DNA of 64,000 bases from an uncultured delta proteobacterium (GTDB taxonomy: Bacteria > Myxococcota > Myxococcia > Myxococcales > Myxococcaceae): assembly GCA_963771175.1 (NCBI GenBank), contig CAVYSY010000052.1, forward strand, positions 192,001 through 256,000. The letters run 5' to 3'. Below the pieces are notes generated by a model. It made no database searches, was not told the DNA's origin, and saw only the letters and a program-made list of their open reading frames with translations. Numbering within the stretch: position 1 is the stretch's first letter; the number at the start of each line of letters is the position of its first letter. This document shows positions 29,953 to 41,932 of this stretch, in pieces. The translations under genes and the position numbers were made by a program.

Positions 29953-31218
29953 ATGCGAGGGAGGAGAGGAACACAGGTCATGGTGTGGGCATGGGCAATC
30001 CTCATGGTCGGCTGTGGTCCCCTCGTCCAGGAGAGGGAAGCAAACGTCTCCGAGCCGGCGCCGGGTGCGCCCGTGATGAGCGACCAGGAGGAGTCGCTGC
30101 CCGGAGGCGGGCTCGAGGTGGCCCCCATCCGGGTGGAGCCGCGGAGCCAGCCCCGGCCGTTGCCGCTCATGTTCCAGCCGGGCTTCCACCAGGCGCTGCG
30201 CTGGTCCTACAGCGCGAACGACGTGACGTTCCGCCTGCGCGTGCCGGTGGGCCGGGCGGGACAGCGGGTGCGGCTCGCCTTCCGCTCGGGAGACGGCAAC
30301 CTCGTGCTGCGCACGGCCACGGTGGCCCGGGCGGGGCCCGAGGGAGCGCTGGCCTCCGAGCCCGTGGCGGTGACGTTCTCCGGCTCGGCGGGCTTCTCCG
30401 TGGGCAAGCGGGTGCGCGTGGTGTCCGACCCCGTCTCCTTCCCCGTGGGCTTCCGCGACGAGCTGTTCGTGTCCTTCGAGGTGCAGGGCACGCTGGCGAT
30501 CAGCGCCATCCTGGCCATGCCCGGCAGCTACCTGCGCTCGGGCGCGTACGCGAGCGTCAAGGGAGCCATCGGCGGCACGCCGTGGGAGCACGCGGTGGGA
30601 CTGGCCACCGTGGACGTCGAGGGCCCGCCCTCGCGCGCCTTCGTCGCCCTGGGTGACAGCATCACCGAGGGCTACATCAGCGACCACGACGACGTGCGCC
30701 GCGCGTGGCCCGCCCTGGCGGAGGAGCAATTGGGGGTGCCCGTCGTCAACGCGGGCGTCTCGGGCCAGGGCTTCTATGACGAGCTGATGAACCTGGACCA
30801 GGAGGTGCTCTCGCTCCAGGGCGTCACCGACTGCATCGTGCTGCTGGGCACCAATGACCTGAGCGCACTGCCGACGACGAGCGAGCTGCGGGGGCGGATG
30901 AGCACGCTCCTCTCGCGGCTCAAACCCTTGTGCCGCACGTGGGTGGGCACGCTGCTGCCCAAGGAGAAGACCAACCACGGCGACTACACGGTGGTGAAGG
31001 CCCAGCGGCTGGAGATGAACGCGTGGATCCGCGCCACCTTCCCGGACGTCATCGACTTCGAGGCGGTGACGCGCCAGCGGGACAACGTGCACCTCTTCCT
31101 GGACGGGCTGGCGGTGGATGGCATCCACCCGAGCGCCGAGGGCCACCGGGTCATGGCCACCGAGGTGGTGCGCGTGCTGCGCGAGCAGGGGGTGCAACCC
31201 CAGGAGGGCGTGCGGTGA
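29953..31218 (+). CDS. SGNH/GDSL hydrolase lipoprotein
   Basis: Lipobox LMVGC; GDSITEG, NAGVSG, LGTND, DGIHP. Confidence 0.9.
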   Translation: MRGRRGTQVMVWAWAILMVGCGPLVQEREANVSEPAPGAPVMSDQEESLPGGGLEVAPIRVEPRSQPRPLPLMFQPGFHQALRWSYSANDVTFRLRVPVGRAGQRVRLAFRSGDGNLVLRTATVARAGPEGALASEPVAVTFSGSAGFSVGKRVRVVSDPVSFPVGFRDELFVSFEVQGTLAISAILAMPGSYLRSGAYASVKGAIGGTPWEHAVGLATVDVEGPPSRAFVALGDSITEGYISDHDDVRRAWPALAEEQLGVPVVNAGVSGQGFYDELMNLDQEVLSLQGVTDCIVLLGTNDLSALPTTSELRGRMSTLLSRLKPLCRTWVGTLLPKEKTNHGDYTVVKAQRLEMNAWIRATFPDVIDFEAVTRQRDNVHLFLDGLAVDGIHPSAEGHRVMATEVVRVLREQGVQPQEGVR

Positions 31219-31219
31219 C

Positions 31220-32629
31220 TCAGTCGCCCTCGAAGCGGACCCCCGCGGCCTTCGCCTCGGCGACGAGCCGGTCCACCTTCTCGAGATAGGCCTCCATGTC
31301 CGCCTTCCGCTCCAGGCCGCCGGAGGACATGTAGCGCACGGTGCCGAAGATTTCGCGCTCGCCCCAGGGCCGGTCGTGCAGGCCGAAGAGCCAGCCGACG
31401 TTCGCGTACGAGTTCGCGTCGCGCCCATCCAGGAAGTATGTGTTGTTGAGCGCCAGCGTGGTGCGGTACGCGTGCTCGGGGGTGCTGCTCCACTCCAGTA
31501 TCTTCTTCCCCCAGTACATGCGCATGGCGTTGTGCATGTAGCCCGTGTAACGCATCTCGCGCATGGCGGCGTTCCAGTACGGGTCGTGCGTGCGCGCCCG
31601 CTCGAGCTGCTCCTTCGTGTACTGGTGGTGCCGCGCGTCGCTCCGGTGCTTGTCCAGCGTCTTGCGAGCCCACTCGGGCACGCACTCGAAGGAGTCGTAG
31701 TGCGGCGTGTACTCGACGAAGTTCTGCGCCAGCTCGCGCCGGACGATGAGCTCCTCGAGGAAGCTCTCGCGCTGGGGGTCCGCCACCTTCGCCTCGCGCG
31801 CGGCGAGCGCCACCTCCACCGGGCTCACCTGCCCGAAGTGGAGGTACTTGCTCATGTGCGAGACGTGGGTCGTCTCCGGGTGTGGCCGGCTCTCCTGGTA
31901 CTCGGGGAGGTGCTCGGTGATGAATTGACGCAGCAGGCGCTTCGCCTCGCTCGTGCCACCCCGGAAGAGGTGGCTCACCGGAGGCACCGAGCGGTCCAGG
32001 TCCAGCTTCGCCAGCACCGCGTCGAGGTTCTCCAGGTCGAGCCCCTTCACGCCGAGCCCCAGCGAGTCCGTCTTCAGCGGCGTGGGCGCGAGCTCCACGA
32101 GGTACGCGCTCCAGAGGCGGTGGATTTTGGGGCGGAGGGTGCGAGCGGCGTACTCGGCCTTGCCCGAGGCGGCCTGCACCGGCACCACCACATCGCCCTC
32201 GACTTGAATCACCGGGCACGGGGCCTTGTCGGCCACCGTCTCGCGCCACTGCTTCTGGTGCCGCAGGTAGCCCCGGTCACACACCACCAGGGCGGCGTGC
32301 CGCGCGAGCTTCAGGGCCACCGCGTCCGGGCTCCCATGCTGGACCACGAGGGGAATCTTCCGGCGAGCCAGTGCCCGCTGCGTGTCCTGGAGCCCCTCCA
32401 GCATGAAGCGGTAGTGGCGGACGTTGGCCTCGGGGTAGCCGTCCATCAGCCCGAAGCCCACGAGCAACGGCAGCTTCGCCTCGTTGGCCCGCTGGATGGC
32501 GTACTCCAGCGCGGGATTGAACCCGGCGCGCTGGCTCTGCTGCATCCAATAGAGGATGTACTCGCCGCCCCGCGACTCGTGGGTGTTGAGCCGCTGGATG
32601 CGACCTTCCTCGATGGTCCTGCTCGTCAT
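31220..32629 (-). CDS. phrB: Class II CPD deoxyribodipyrimidine photolyase
   Basis: SHMSKYLHFGQ, GYMHNAMRMYWGKKILEW, LDGRDANSY, DRPWGEREIFGTVRYM. Confidence 0.95.
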   Translation of the reverse strand: MTSRTIEEGRIQRLNTHESRGGEYILYWMQQSQRAGFNPALEYAIQRANEAKLPLLVGFGLMDGYPEANVRHYRFMLEGLQDTQRALARRKIPLVVQHGSPDAVALKLARHAALVVCDRGYLRHQKQWRETVADKAPCPVIQVEGDVVVPVQAASGKAEYAARTLRPKIHRLWSAYLVELAPTPLKTDSLGLGVKGLDLENLDAVLAKLDLDRSVPPVSHLFRGGTSEAKRLLRQFITEHLPEYQESRPHPETTHVSHMSKYLHFGQVSPVEVALAAREAKVADPQRESFLEELIVRRELAQNFVEYTPHYDSFECVPEWARKTLDKHRSDARHHQYTKEQLERARTHDPYWNAAMREMRYTGYMHNAMRMYWGKKILEWSSTPEHAYRTTLALNNTYFLDGRDANSYANVGWLFGLHDRPWGEREIFGTVRYMSSGGLERKADMEAYLEKVDRLVAEAKAAGVRFEGD

Positions 32630-32738
32630 GGCTCCCCTTGTATGGAGCGGTCGGGCAGGCGTCCATTACCCCTGCCTGGTAGGTAGATTCCTGGCCTATC
32701 CTCCAGGGTCGTTTCCACTCGGGGGAAAGGCCACGGTC

Positions 32739-34466
32739 ATGCCCAAGGAGTACCTGGCAGTCCTCGTCCTCGTCCTACAGGCCGCGTGCGCCATGGGCTA
32801 CCCCATGGGCGGCCAAATCGCTGGGAGCAGCTACCGCCACCGCCAACTGGTGCACCAGGAGCGCGCGGATGCGAGGGAGCGCGCGGCGAAGGCCCAGGCG
32901 GCAGCGAGTGCGACGGCCGGCGCCTTCGGGGAGGGGCTGGCCTCTTCTGGCACCGATGCGCAGGACGCGGTGGACGGGGACGGGAGTGCCGCCGCGAGGG
33001 ACGAAGCGACCGGGAGTGCGCGGCACCACGGCCGCCGCGACGGCAAGGTGGACGAAGCGGAGGACCGGGAGGGCATCGGCGGGCCGGATGGGGTGGGGGA
33101 GGGCCGCCCCTACAAGGTGCCCTTCAGTGTGGACTACTTCCAGGGCTTCCTCGGGCGGGCCGGGGTGCCCTCCACCGCGCTGCCTGGGGACGGGCGCACG
33201 CTGTCTCCTCGGCAGGCGATGGAGCTGCTGCCGTACCTGCTGTCCACGCCGGTGACGCTGGGCAACTTCGGGCCGCGCCGCATGGCGGCGCACCTGCTCC
33301 TGGAGGTAGCCACGGGAGGCGTGGCGGTGTCGCGGGACGAGCTGCACGCACGCATGCGTCGCTTCTCGCGGTTGCTGGTGCTGCGCCCGGACGGATACCT
33401 GGTGAAGCCCGGCACGGGGACTGCCGTGCAGAAGGCGGGCGAGGTGATGCTGGCGGAAGACGGCACCCTGAGAGCCGGCCGGTTCGAGGTGGGCCCGTTC
33501 TACGCCATCGACGGCGGGCGGCTCTTCCCGGTGGATGAAACGCTCGAGGTGCCGCAGGGAGCCCGCCCAGCGGGCCTCTACGAGCCGGACGACAACGCCG
33601 GGCTGGCGGTGGCCGAGGGCGCGGTGCTGGCGGTGGTGGACATGGTGGAGGGCCTCTACCGGCTGGTCTTCCACACGGGCGAGACGCTCGAGGGGCTGGC
33701 TCAGCTCCCAGGCGCCGTGCGCCAGCTCTACGAGAACGCGCCGGAGCTCTGGGAGGAGTTCCGCCACAAGCCCTATGCGGAGAGGGTGCGCACCGTCTCG
33801 CGGCTCGCCACGGGCGCGGTGCTGACGGTGGGCACCTCGGGAGCGGGTGCCGCGAAGGCCGCATCCTGGGGCGGCAAGCTGGGGAGCCTTTCCGTTCCCC
33901 TCCTGTCACTCACAGGCGACGGCCTCCTGGCGGTGCGCCTGGTGGCCGTGCCCGTCGGAGGGGCCGTTGCCGTCGCGGGCAACGCGCTTGGCGCCACCTA
34001 CGTGCTGCACATGGCCAACACCGGCGCCCAGGGCGCGGGGGGCGGGAGTGGGTGGCCTCCGGTAGGCGGGCCCGGTCACTGGGTGGAGGACACCTCCAGC
34101 ATGTCCGAGCAGGCCCGTGACTACCAGGCCCAGGTGACGGGCGCACCCAGGCGGTGGGCCTACAAGGTTTGCCGAGGTGCCGACTGCGTGGATTACGACG
34201 GATTCGACCCAAAGACGGGCACCCTGCTCGAAGCAAAGGCTCTGGAATACGAGAAGTGGTGGGACGACGCTCTCAAGGTGAAATGGAAGTACAAGGGTGC
34301 ACAGCGCCTCATCGATCAAGCGAAGCGGCAGAGTCGGCTTGCGGGAGGGCTCAGGGTGCGCTGGCATGTGGCGGAGCCCCGGATGGTTCCCATCCTCAAG
34401 AAGATGTTCCTAGAGAACAACATCGAGGGGATCGAGGTCGTGCATACACCGCCGCCACTGCCATGA
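32739..34466 (+). CDS. Lipoprotein polymorphic toxin with C-terminal Tox-REase-5 domain
   Basis: Lipobox LQAAC; hydrophobic Gly/Ala middle; MSEQARDYQAQVTG...DYDGF...LLEAK...QAKRQ...WHVAE. Confidence 0.88.
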   Translation: MPKEYLAVLVLVLQAACAMGYPMGGQIAGSSYRHRQLVHQERADARERAAKAQAAASATAGAFGEGLASSGTDAQDAVDGDGSAAARDEATGSARHHGRRDGKVDEAEDREGIGGPDGVGEGRPYKVPFSVDYFQGFLGRAGVPSTALPGDGRTLSPRQAMELLPYLLSTPVTLGNFGPRRMAAHLLLEVATGGVAVSRDELHARMRRFSRLLVLRPDGYLVKPGTGTAVQKAGEVMLAEDGTLRAGRFEVGPFYAIDGGRLFPVDETLEVPQGARPAGLYEPDDNAGLAVAEGAVLAVVDMVEGLYRLVFHTGETLEGLAQLPGAVRQLYENAPELWEEFRHKPYAERVRTVSRLATGAVLTVGTSGAGAAKAASWGGKLGSLSVPLLSLTGDGLLAVRLVAVPVGGAVAVAGNALGATYVLHMANTGAQGAGGGSGWPPVGGPGHWVEDTSSMSEQARDYQAQVTGAPRRWAYKVCRGADCVDYDGFDPKTGTLLEAKALEYEKWWDDALKVKWKYKGAQRLIDQAKRQSRLAGGLRVRWHVAEPRMVPILKKMFLENNIEGIEVVHTPPPLP

Positions 34467-34478
34467 GGCGTACGAGAG

Positions 34479-35213
34479 ATGACGGAGAGCTACTACGCAG
34501 GCGTCTATTGGGGCCGCAGGCAGGAGTCCGCCGAGGAGTGCGCTCGTCGCGCGGAATTGTTCTTCCGCCTCCTGGAGCAGTGTCACCCGAGCTATGCGCG
34601 CTGGTACGAGCAGCAGGACTCGGAGGAGACGGAGGCCCAGTTCCAGTTCGAGCCCACGCGCGAGACCTTCGTGCGTTTCTTTGGAAAGGAGGAGTACCGC
34701 GGCGACGGGGGCGGCTTCCGTTTCGGCGCCTGGACGGGTCACGCGGAGCAGGACCAGGGGGGCATGGTCCTACTCTTCTGTGGGGCGCACGCTGAAGGCT
34801 CCTCGAATCACCTGGTTCTCTACTTCCCCGAGGAGGAGCCTGGCGGAGAGCGAATGCTCACACCCTCAGTGCTCTCCGGAGTGATGCGGGCCATGGCGCT
34901 AGCGTGGGAGCCGGACTGGGGTGTCATCGTCTCGGGGGACTTCCGGGACAGTATTTCGGAACGAGGATCCGCCGGCACCTTCGTGGGCTGGGTGACGTAC
35001 TTCTCGCATCAGCGTGGCGAGCTGCCAGGTCTGCCGGAGCCAGTGCGAGTGGAGCCGGTGGACGACAAGGGCAGCCTCCTCATTCTGACTCCCGACCGTC
35101 TGACCTCGAGCAATCCCGAGCACCTCGCCCTCGGCCGCCGCGTTCAGGGGTTGCTCGAGGAGCGGGGTCTGCTCAGGAGAGTCGTCGAGCCGCGGCCCAT
35201 GCACCACGAATGA
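34479..35213 (+). CDS. Imm52-like immunity protein
   Basis: YYAGVYWGRRQESAEECARR, AWEPDWG, FVGWVTY, VRVEPV; immediately downstream of the REase toxin. Confidence 0.85.
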   Translation: MTESYYAGVYWGRRQESAEECARRAELFFRLLEQCHPSYARWYEQQDSEETEAQFQFEPTRETFVRFFGKEEYRGDGGGFRFGAWTGHAEQDQGGMVLLFCGAHAEGSSNHLVLYFPEEEPGGERMLTPSVLSGVMRAMALAWEPDWGVIVSGDFRDSISERGSAGTFVGWVTYFSHQRGELPGLPEPVRVEPVDDKGSLLILTPDRLTSSNPEHLALGRRVQGLLEERGLLRRVVEPRPMHHE

Positions 35214-35273
35214 GAAGGGCGCGGCCCCGTTGCGCCCGTCAACGTCCCATCCACGCACTCCACGAGGAGTGAC

Positions 35274-35430
35274 TCACGGCTGGAGCGACTGGGGCTCGCG
35301 CTTCTTGTCTCGGGAGCGGGCCGAGACCGGCAGGTAGCACTTGCCCCCGTACTCCGCCTGGTTCTCGTAGCAGGGCGGGCGCTTGGCCAATTCCACCCAG
35401 CAGCCGCCATGGATTTCCACCTCGTAGTTG
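35274..35430 (-). pseudogene. Orphan C-terminal tail of a myxobacterial Ser/Thr kinase
   Basis: EVEIHGGCWVELAKRPPCYENQAEYGGKCYLPV...PQSLQP resembles the Cys-rich tail of such kinases; no kinase domain upstream. Confidence 0.6.
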
Positions 35431-35767
35431 GCCAGCCGCTCGATGGCGATGCTGAGCACCTCGAACATCGCGCACAGTTGGGACAGCCGGCCGGAACCCG
35501 GGGCCTTCTCCACCTCCACCACCACATAGGGAGGCACCGCCTGGGAGCGCAACCTCACCTGCCATTTCTCCTTGGGCTCCAGGAGCTCGTGCTCGCCCGG
35601 TATCACCACCAGCGCCGGGTTGCCCGGCCCTGACAGCGCCCCGTGGGTTTTGTCTGCTTCTGGCGCATGAGGAGCGACCCGGGAACGGGATGCTGGCCGC
35701 GGGACTCCTCCGTAGGTTCGCGGCCGCTCACCCTGCAAGTGTGGGCGGACATCCACGGAAGGTGGCC

Positions 35768-38700
35768 ATGCGAGCGAGGCGCGCAGCTTCAGCTGTCATC
35801 ATCGCAGTGATACTGCTCGCCACCGGGCTCGGAGGCAGCGAAGCCCAGGCCCTCTCGCTGACGGTGGTGGACTCCAGCGGCCGGCCGGTGGAGGGGTTCC
35901 GCTGGCAGCTCGAGGAGGACACGACGCTGCCCGTGGTGCCTGGGGTCCGAAGCAACGACATCCCCTCCCTCACCATCCACGGCAGCTACTCCCCGGTGGT
36001 GGCCAAGGGAAGCTCCACCACGTCCGTTGCCACCATCGATGTGCCGGCGAACAAGCGCTACCTGGTGTCCGTCCTCCCGTTGAAGGGACACACCCTGAGC
36101 GGCACCCAGGTGGCGGTGGGACAGGCGCTGGTGACGGTGGTGGTGAACACCGAGCCCATCCCCACCGCTCAAATCTCCGTCCTCGTCTTCCATGACCGCC
36201 AGCCCATCAACAACGCCCCGGACATCCCCGCCGAACCGGGCCTCGCTGGCTTCTCCGTCGTGCTCTCCGACGCGCTGGGGCAGGTGTCGCAGGACGCCTT
36301 CGGCAACCCGCTGGGCACCACCTATCAACAGAACGCGGATGGCTCCTTCGTGTTGGATTCGGAGGGACTGCCGGTGGTCGCACAGCCCGGCTCCGGCGTC
36401 ATCCTCACCGATGCCGCGGGTGAGGCGCTCATCCGCTTCCTGCCTCCCGGAAAGTACGGGGTCCGCGCCGTCCCGCCCATTGGCACCGACTGGGTGCAGA
36501 CCGCGACCATCGAGGGCACTCCGACCGTCGATGCCTGGGTCAAGGCGGGCGAGCCGCCCTACTTCTCCGAGTGGGGCACCCTCGACCACCACGCCTTCAT
36601 CGGCTTTGTCCGGCCGATGCGCTTCCCCGCGCCACCCACCGGCCCGGTGGGGACCCTCACCGGGCGCGTCGTCTACGTCCACGAGAACCGCCCGCCGCTG
36701 CAGCCGGGCCTGAATCCAGGGGTTCCGGTGGAGGAGTGCTGGGTCGGGCTGAACGCACTGGGGGGCGCCGACGAGCAGGTCTACTCGCAGCCCTGCGGCC
36801 CTGGCGGCGGCTTCACCATCGAGAACGTCCCTCCGGGCGTCTACCAGCTCGTGATGTGGGACTTGCCCCTCGACGCCATCATCGACTTCCGCACCCTCAC
36901 GGTGCCTCCGGGAGGCGGAGTGCTGGCGCTCGGGGATGTGTCCGTCTATGCGTGGTTCGGCTTCCTCGAGGGCAGCGTCTTCTACGATGCCAACGCCAAT
37001 GGCTATCGGGAGCTCGGCGAGGCAGGCATCCCCAACCAGGCGCTCAACCTGCGCTTCCCGGACGGCTCGCTCTACAAGGCGACCATCACCGATCCGACCG
37101 GACGCTACCGCTTCAAGGAGGTCTTCCCCTTCTTCCACTGGCTGGTGGCCGAGGTGGACTACACCCGCTACAAGCCCACGGGGATGACCGCCGTCATCGA
37201 TGAGGGCGGCCCACTGCCGCCGGGCGCGAGGAGCACTCCGCAGCCCCAGCCCGTCATCAACCCCAACACCGGCGACAACCTCTCGCGCACCGAGAGCGGC
37301 GAGGTGCTCACCCAGGCGATGCTGCTCTACGCCGGGCAGACCCACCGGATGGACTGGGGCAAGGTGGCCTACGGCCGGACGGAGAATGGTGGCATCTCCG
37401 GAATCGTGCACTACGCCACCACCCGCGCGGAGAATGATCCGCGCTACGCCGTGGGGGATGACTGGGAGCCCAAGGTGCCCCGCGTCCAGGTGAACCTCTA
37501 CTCGGACACCAATGGCGACACCGTCATCGACGATCTCAATGGCGACGGCCGGGTGACGCCGGCGGACGTGGACAACGCGCCCTTCGACGACTTCCCCGGC
37601 CCGGGGGACGTGGATCGCAACGGCGACGGCACCTTCACCCCGGGCGACGCCCTCAACGTCATCCACACCGACAGTTGGGACGACAGCCGCCCCACCGGCT
37701 GCGTGGGCCCGCCGCAGCTCGTCCACGGGCAGCCGGTGCGGGACTGCGCGGAGACGCTGCGGACGTGGAGCCAGCTACGCCCCGGCGTGTTCGACGGAGG
37801 CTACCTCTTCTCCTCGTACTTCCCGGGGGGCATGGGCTCGGGCAGCTCGGAGGTCCAGGGGCTCCCGCCTGGCCTCTACGTGGTGGAGGCCAATCGCTCC
37901 GCCCGGGTACGAGACCGTGAAGGAGGAGGACAAGAACGTCGACTTCGGTGAGCAGACCACCCCGAACGAGCTCGTGCCTCCCGTCTGCGTGGGCGAGCCG
38001 CACCGGGTCCCCGCCGAGCTCTCGCTCTTTCCGGGCGTGCCCGCGCCCTTCGCCGGCACCACGCGCCCGCTGTGCGACCGCAAGCAGGTCCGCATGGGGC
38101 GCGGGCAGAACAGCGCGGCCGATTTCTTCGTCTTCACCGAGGTGCCCAAGGCGGGCCGCATCTGGGGAATGGTCCTCAACGACGTGCTGCTCGAGTTCAA
38201 CCCCGACAGCCCCAAGAAGGGCACCAACTTCGGGGTGCCGTGGCTGCCCATCTCCATCAAGGACTTCCGGGGCAACGAGCTCGTCCGCACCTACAGCGAC
38301 GAGTGGGGCAAGTACAACGCGCTGGTGCCCTCCACCTACACTGTGAACCGGCCCACGCCGACCGGCGTGTCCCCCGGAATGCTCACCGTCTGCCTCAACG
38401 ATCCGGGCCCCATCCCGGATCCGAGCACCCCCGGCCGGCTCATCACGGACCCCTGGTACAACCCGGCCTACGGGCACGTCTGCACGAACTGGGAGTTCTA
38501 CCCGGGAAAGACGACCCCGCTGGACACGCCCATCCTGCCCATCGCCGCCTTCACGGCGAACCGGCGTCCGCTGGACTGCGAGTTCCCGGAGGGCACGCCG
38601 CTCATCGAGTCGGTGAGCGGGCCCGCGGGAGGGCCGCACGTCCCCGCGCCCGGCGGGCTCATCACCCTCACCTCGGTGGGAGCGATGACCGTGCCCAACC

Positions 38701-40679
38701 CGGCGTATGACCCGGACACGCCCGGCAGCCCGCCCACCGTCGTCCGAGACTACGGCTTCGGCGGCACCCCCGGGACGGTGACGGTGGATGGCACCCCCTG
38801 CCCATCGTGAGCTGGGCGGCCGACGGCTCGCGCATCGTGGCGCGGGTGCCCGCGAGCGTCCGCACCGGACAGCTCCTGGTGCGGCGTGGCAACGGGAGGA
38901 CCTCCGAGATGGGCCTCACGCTGCACGTGGGCCCGCGCGCCATCCGCCGCGTCTCACCGGGCGGCTCCATCCAGCAGGCCATCGACGCCGCCCCGCTGGG
39001 GGCCCTCATCCTGGTGGCGCCCGGGACGTACAAGGAGAACCCCATCCTGTGGAAGCCCGTCCAGCTCCAGGGCTGGGGCGCCTTCTCCACCGTCATCGAG
39101 GCCGGTCCCCTCTCGCCCGCGGAGCAGGCCGCCTGGGATGCGAAGCTGGCCGCCCTCATCGACTCCGGGGATATCCAGCTCCTCCCCGGGGAGCGGCCCG
39201 ACTTCTTCCTCGAGCAAGGGGCTGGCATCACCGTGGGGTCCCGGCCAGGCCGCTTCACCGCCGGGGCGCAGGGGCGGCATCGATGGCTTCACCATCACCG
39301 GAGCCCTCAAGGGCGGCGGCATCTTCGTCAACGCCTACGCGCCGTTCCTCACGCTCAGCAACAACCGGCTCATCAGCAACCAGGGCAGCTTCGGGGGCGG
39401 CATCCGCGTGGGCACCCCCTCGCTGGTGAATACCGCGGGCAACGGCTACCTGAGCTCGAGCAACGAGAACCTCCGCATCCACCACAACCACATCACCCAG
39501 AACGGCGCCATCGACGGCGGGGGCGGCGTGGCCCTGTTCAACGGCGCGGACGGCTACCAGGTCACGGACAACTTCGTCTGCGGCAACTTCACGCTGCTGT
39601 ACGGCGGCGGCATCGCCCACTTCGGCCTGAGCGACGAGGGGCTGATCTCCCGAAACCGCATCGTCTCCAACCAGTCCTTCGACGAAGGCGGGGGGCTCAT
39701 CATCGCCGGGGAGCTCGTCCCGGCCGGGGCGCCACCCGGAACGCTGACACCTGGCGCCGGCAGCGTGCGGGTGGTCTCCAACCTCATCCAGGGCAACCAG
39801 GCCGGGGACGACGGTGGCGGCGTGCGCACGCTGATGGTCAACGGCCAGGACGTCCAGCGCCGGCCCACCTCGCCCTCGCGCTGGTACCAGGTGGCCCTCC
39901 TCAACAACCTCATCGTCAACAACTCGAGCGCCGACGTGGGCGGCGGCATTTCCCTGGATGACACCGCCCGGGCCATCGATCCTCAGCAACACCATCGCCC
40001 ACAACGACAGCACCGCCACCGGGGTGGACGCCTTCGGCGGCCCGTGCATCCCCGATGCGCCGTCGGGCCAGTTCTGTCCCGAGGAGGGAGGCACCATGGG
40101 CGGCATCACCACCTCGGTGCCGCAGGTAGCGGGCCTCGCCGCCAGGGCCCACAGCACGGGCCTCCAGGCCGCGTTCGGCCCGGGCTTCGGGCAGGAGTTA
40201 CTCCGACCCCGCTCCTCCACGACAACATCCTCTGGCACAACCGGGCCTTCTACTGGGATGCGGCGTACCGCGACGGCCTGGGCGGCCTGCGCCCGGATCT
40301 CACCGCCGGCGAGGCCCCCCACTACTGGGACCTCGCCGTGTACGGCACGCTCACGGCGCAGTTCCTCGAGCCGCACTTCTCCATCCTCTCCGAGCCCACG
40401 CCGGGAGATCCCACCAACGTGGCGGTCGATCCGCGGTTCGTCGCGGGCTACTTCAACCAGTACCAGGCGACGTCCAAGGGCTCGGCCTTCGGCAACTTCG
40501 TGACCACCACCTTCCTGCCCACCGGGCGCGTCGGTGACTACCACCTGGGCCCCGGCTCGCCCGCGAATGGCGTGGGCGCCGGCCTCTTCCGGCTCCTCTT
40601 CCCCGAGCTCCTCTTCGACATCGATGGCGAGCCGCGGCTCGGCTTCACCGTGGACGTCGGTGCGGACGAGTCACGCTGA
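35768..40679 (+). CDS. Giant secreted protein (~1,630 aa) with SdrD-B/Cna-like and IPT/TIG Ig domains and a parallel beta-helix; about 5 apparent frameshifts
   Basis: Signal peptide ending AQA; GSVFYDANANG...GEAGIPN; DxNGDG loops; GFGGTPGTVTVDG; SIQQAIDAA..G..ILVAPGTYKEN followed by N-x-I-x-x-N / GGG repeats. Stitched from five consecutive ORF pieces. Confidence 0.8.
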
Positions 40680-40703
40680 GCACCCCCCGCGAGGAGTCAC
40701 ACC

Positions 40704-41908
40704 ATGAAGGCGCTCCAGAGACTTCCCCTCCTGCTCGTGCCGCTGTGGCTGGCATTGGCCTCCGGGCCGGCCCACGCGGCCGTCTCCACCCAGTGTCCGC
40801 CGGATACCGATGGCGTGGACACCGACGGGGATGGCAACCCCGCCAACGACATCGTCTGCATCCACCTGGCCGCCGGCGACGGCTTCGTCAACATGGCCGA
40901 CGGCCGCCTCCATGTACATCTTCGGCTTCTCCAACGTCACCGGCGTCCCCGACGAGCAGGTGATGCAGGAGGCGATGCTGGGCGCCCAGCTCCCCGGCCC
41001 CCACGCTCGAGGTGAAGGGAGGGCCAGCAGCTCTACCTGACGCTCACCAACGTCGGCATGATGATGCGGCCGGACCTGTTCGACCCCCACTCGCGTCCAC
41101 TGCCACGGCTTCCCCAACGCCGCGCCGATCTTCGACGGCGTGCCCGAGGCCGCCGTCGCCATCAACATGGGCGCCAGCCTCACCTACTTCTACGACGTGC
41201 GAGCGACCCGGGCACGTACATGTACCACTGCCACGTCGAGGCGACCGAGCACATGCAGATGGGGATGCTCGGCAACCTCTACGTGCTGCCCGCGCCAGGA
41301 CGGGACGCGAGCGCGAGCACCCGCCGGGCTCGGGCCGCCCCTACCGGCAAGTTCGCCTACAACGACGGCGACGGCTCCACGGGGTACGACGTGGCCGATT
41401 CCCGCTCCAGATCGCGTCCTTCGACCCGAAGTTCCACGACGCGAGCCTCGCCATCCAGCCGCTGCCGTTCGCCGCCATGAAGGACACCTACCCGCTGCTC
41501 AACGGCCGCGGCTACCCGGAGACCATCGACCCTCTCCCGCGGAGCAACAGCTTCAACGGGCGCGCGTCCCAGCCGCTCGGCTCGCTGATCCGCGCCACGA
41601 GGGGGCAGCGGATCCTCCTGCGCCTCTCCAACCTCTCCACCACCGAGTACTTCACGCTCACCCTGCCGGGCCTCCCCATGCAGGTGGTGGGGCGGGACGC
41701 CAGGCTGCTGCGCAGCGCCTCGGGGGAGAACCTGTACCAGACCACCACCACCGTCACCCTGGGAGGCGGCGAGTCCGCGGACGTCATCCTCGACACGGCC
41801 GCCGTCCCGCCGGGGACGTACTTCCTCCACACCACCAATCTGCACCAACTGAGCAACGACACCGAGGATCTCGGCGGGATGATGACGGAGATCGTCATCA
41901 CCCCCTGA
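40704..41908 (+). CDS. Two-domain multicopper-oxidase-like subunit A (frameshifted)
   Basis: Signal peptide ending AHA; domain 1 PHSVHCHG (reconstructed across an indel) and YHCHVEATEHMQMGM; domain 2 ligand motifs degenerate. Confidence 0.85.
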
Positions 41909-41932
41909 GCAGGCCCCGGCAGGAGACGGACC

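Noticed and set aside
40704..41908. Copper nitrite reductase (nirK) call for subunit A
   Set aside because: Domain 1 has MCO-type HxH and HCH pairs, and domain 2 lacks the NirK His motifs.
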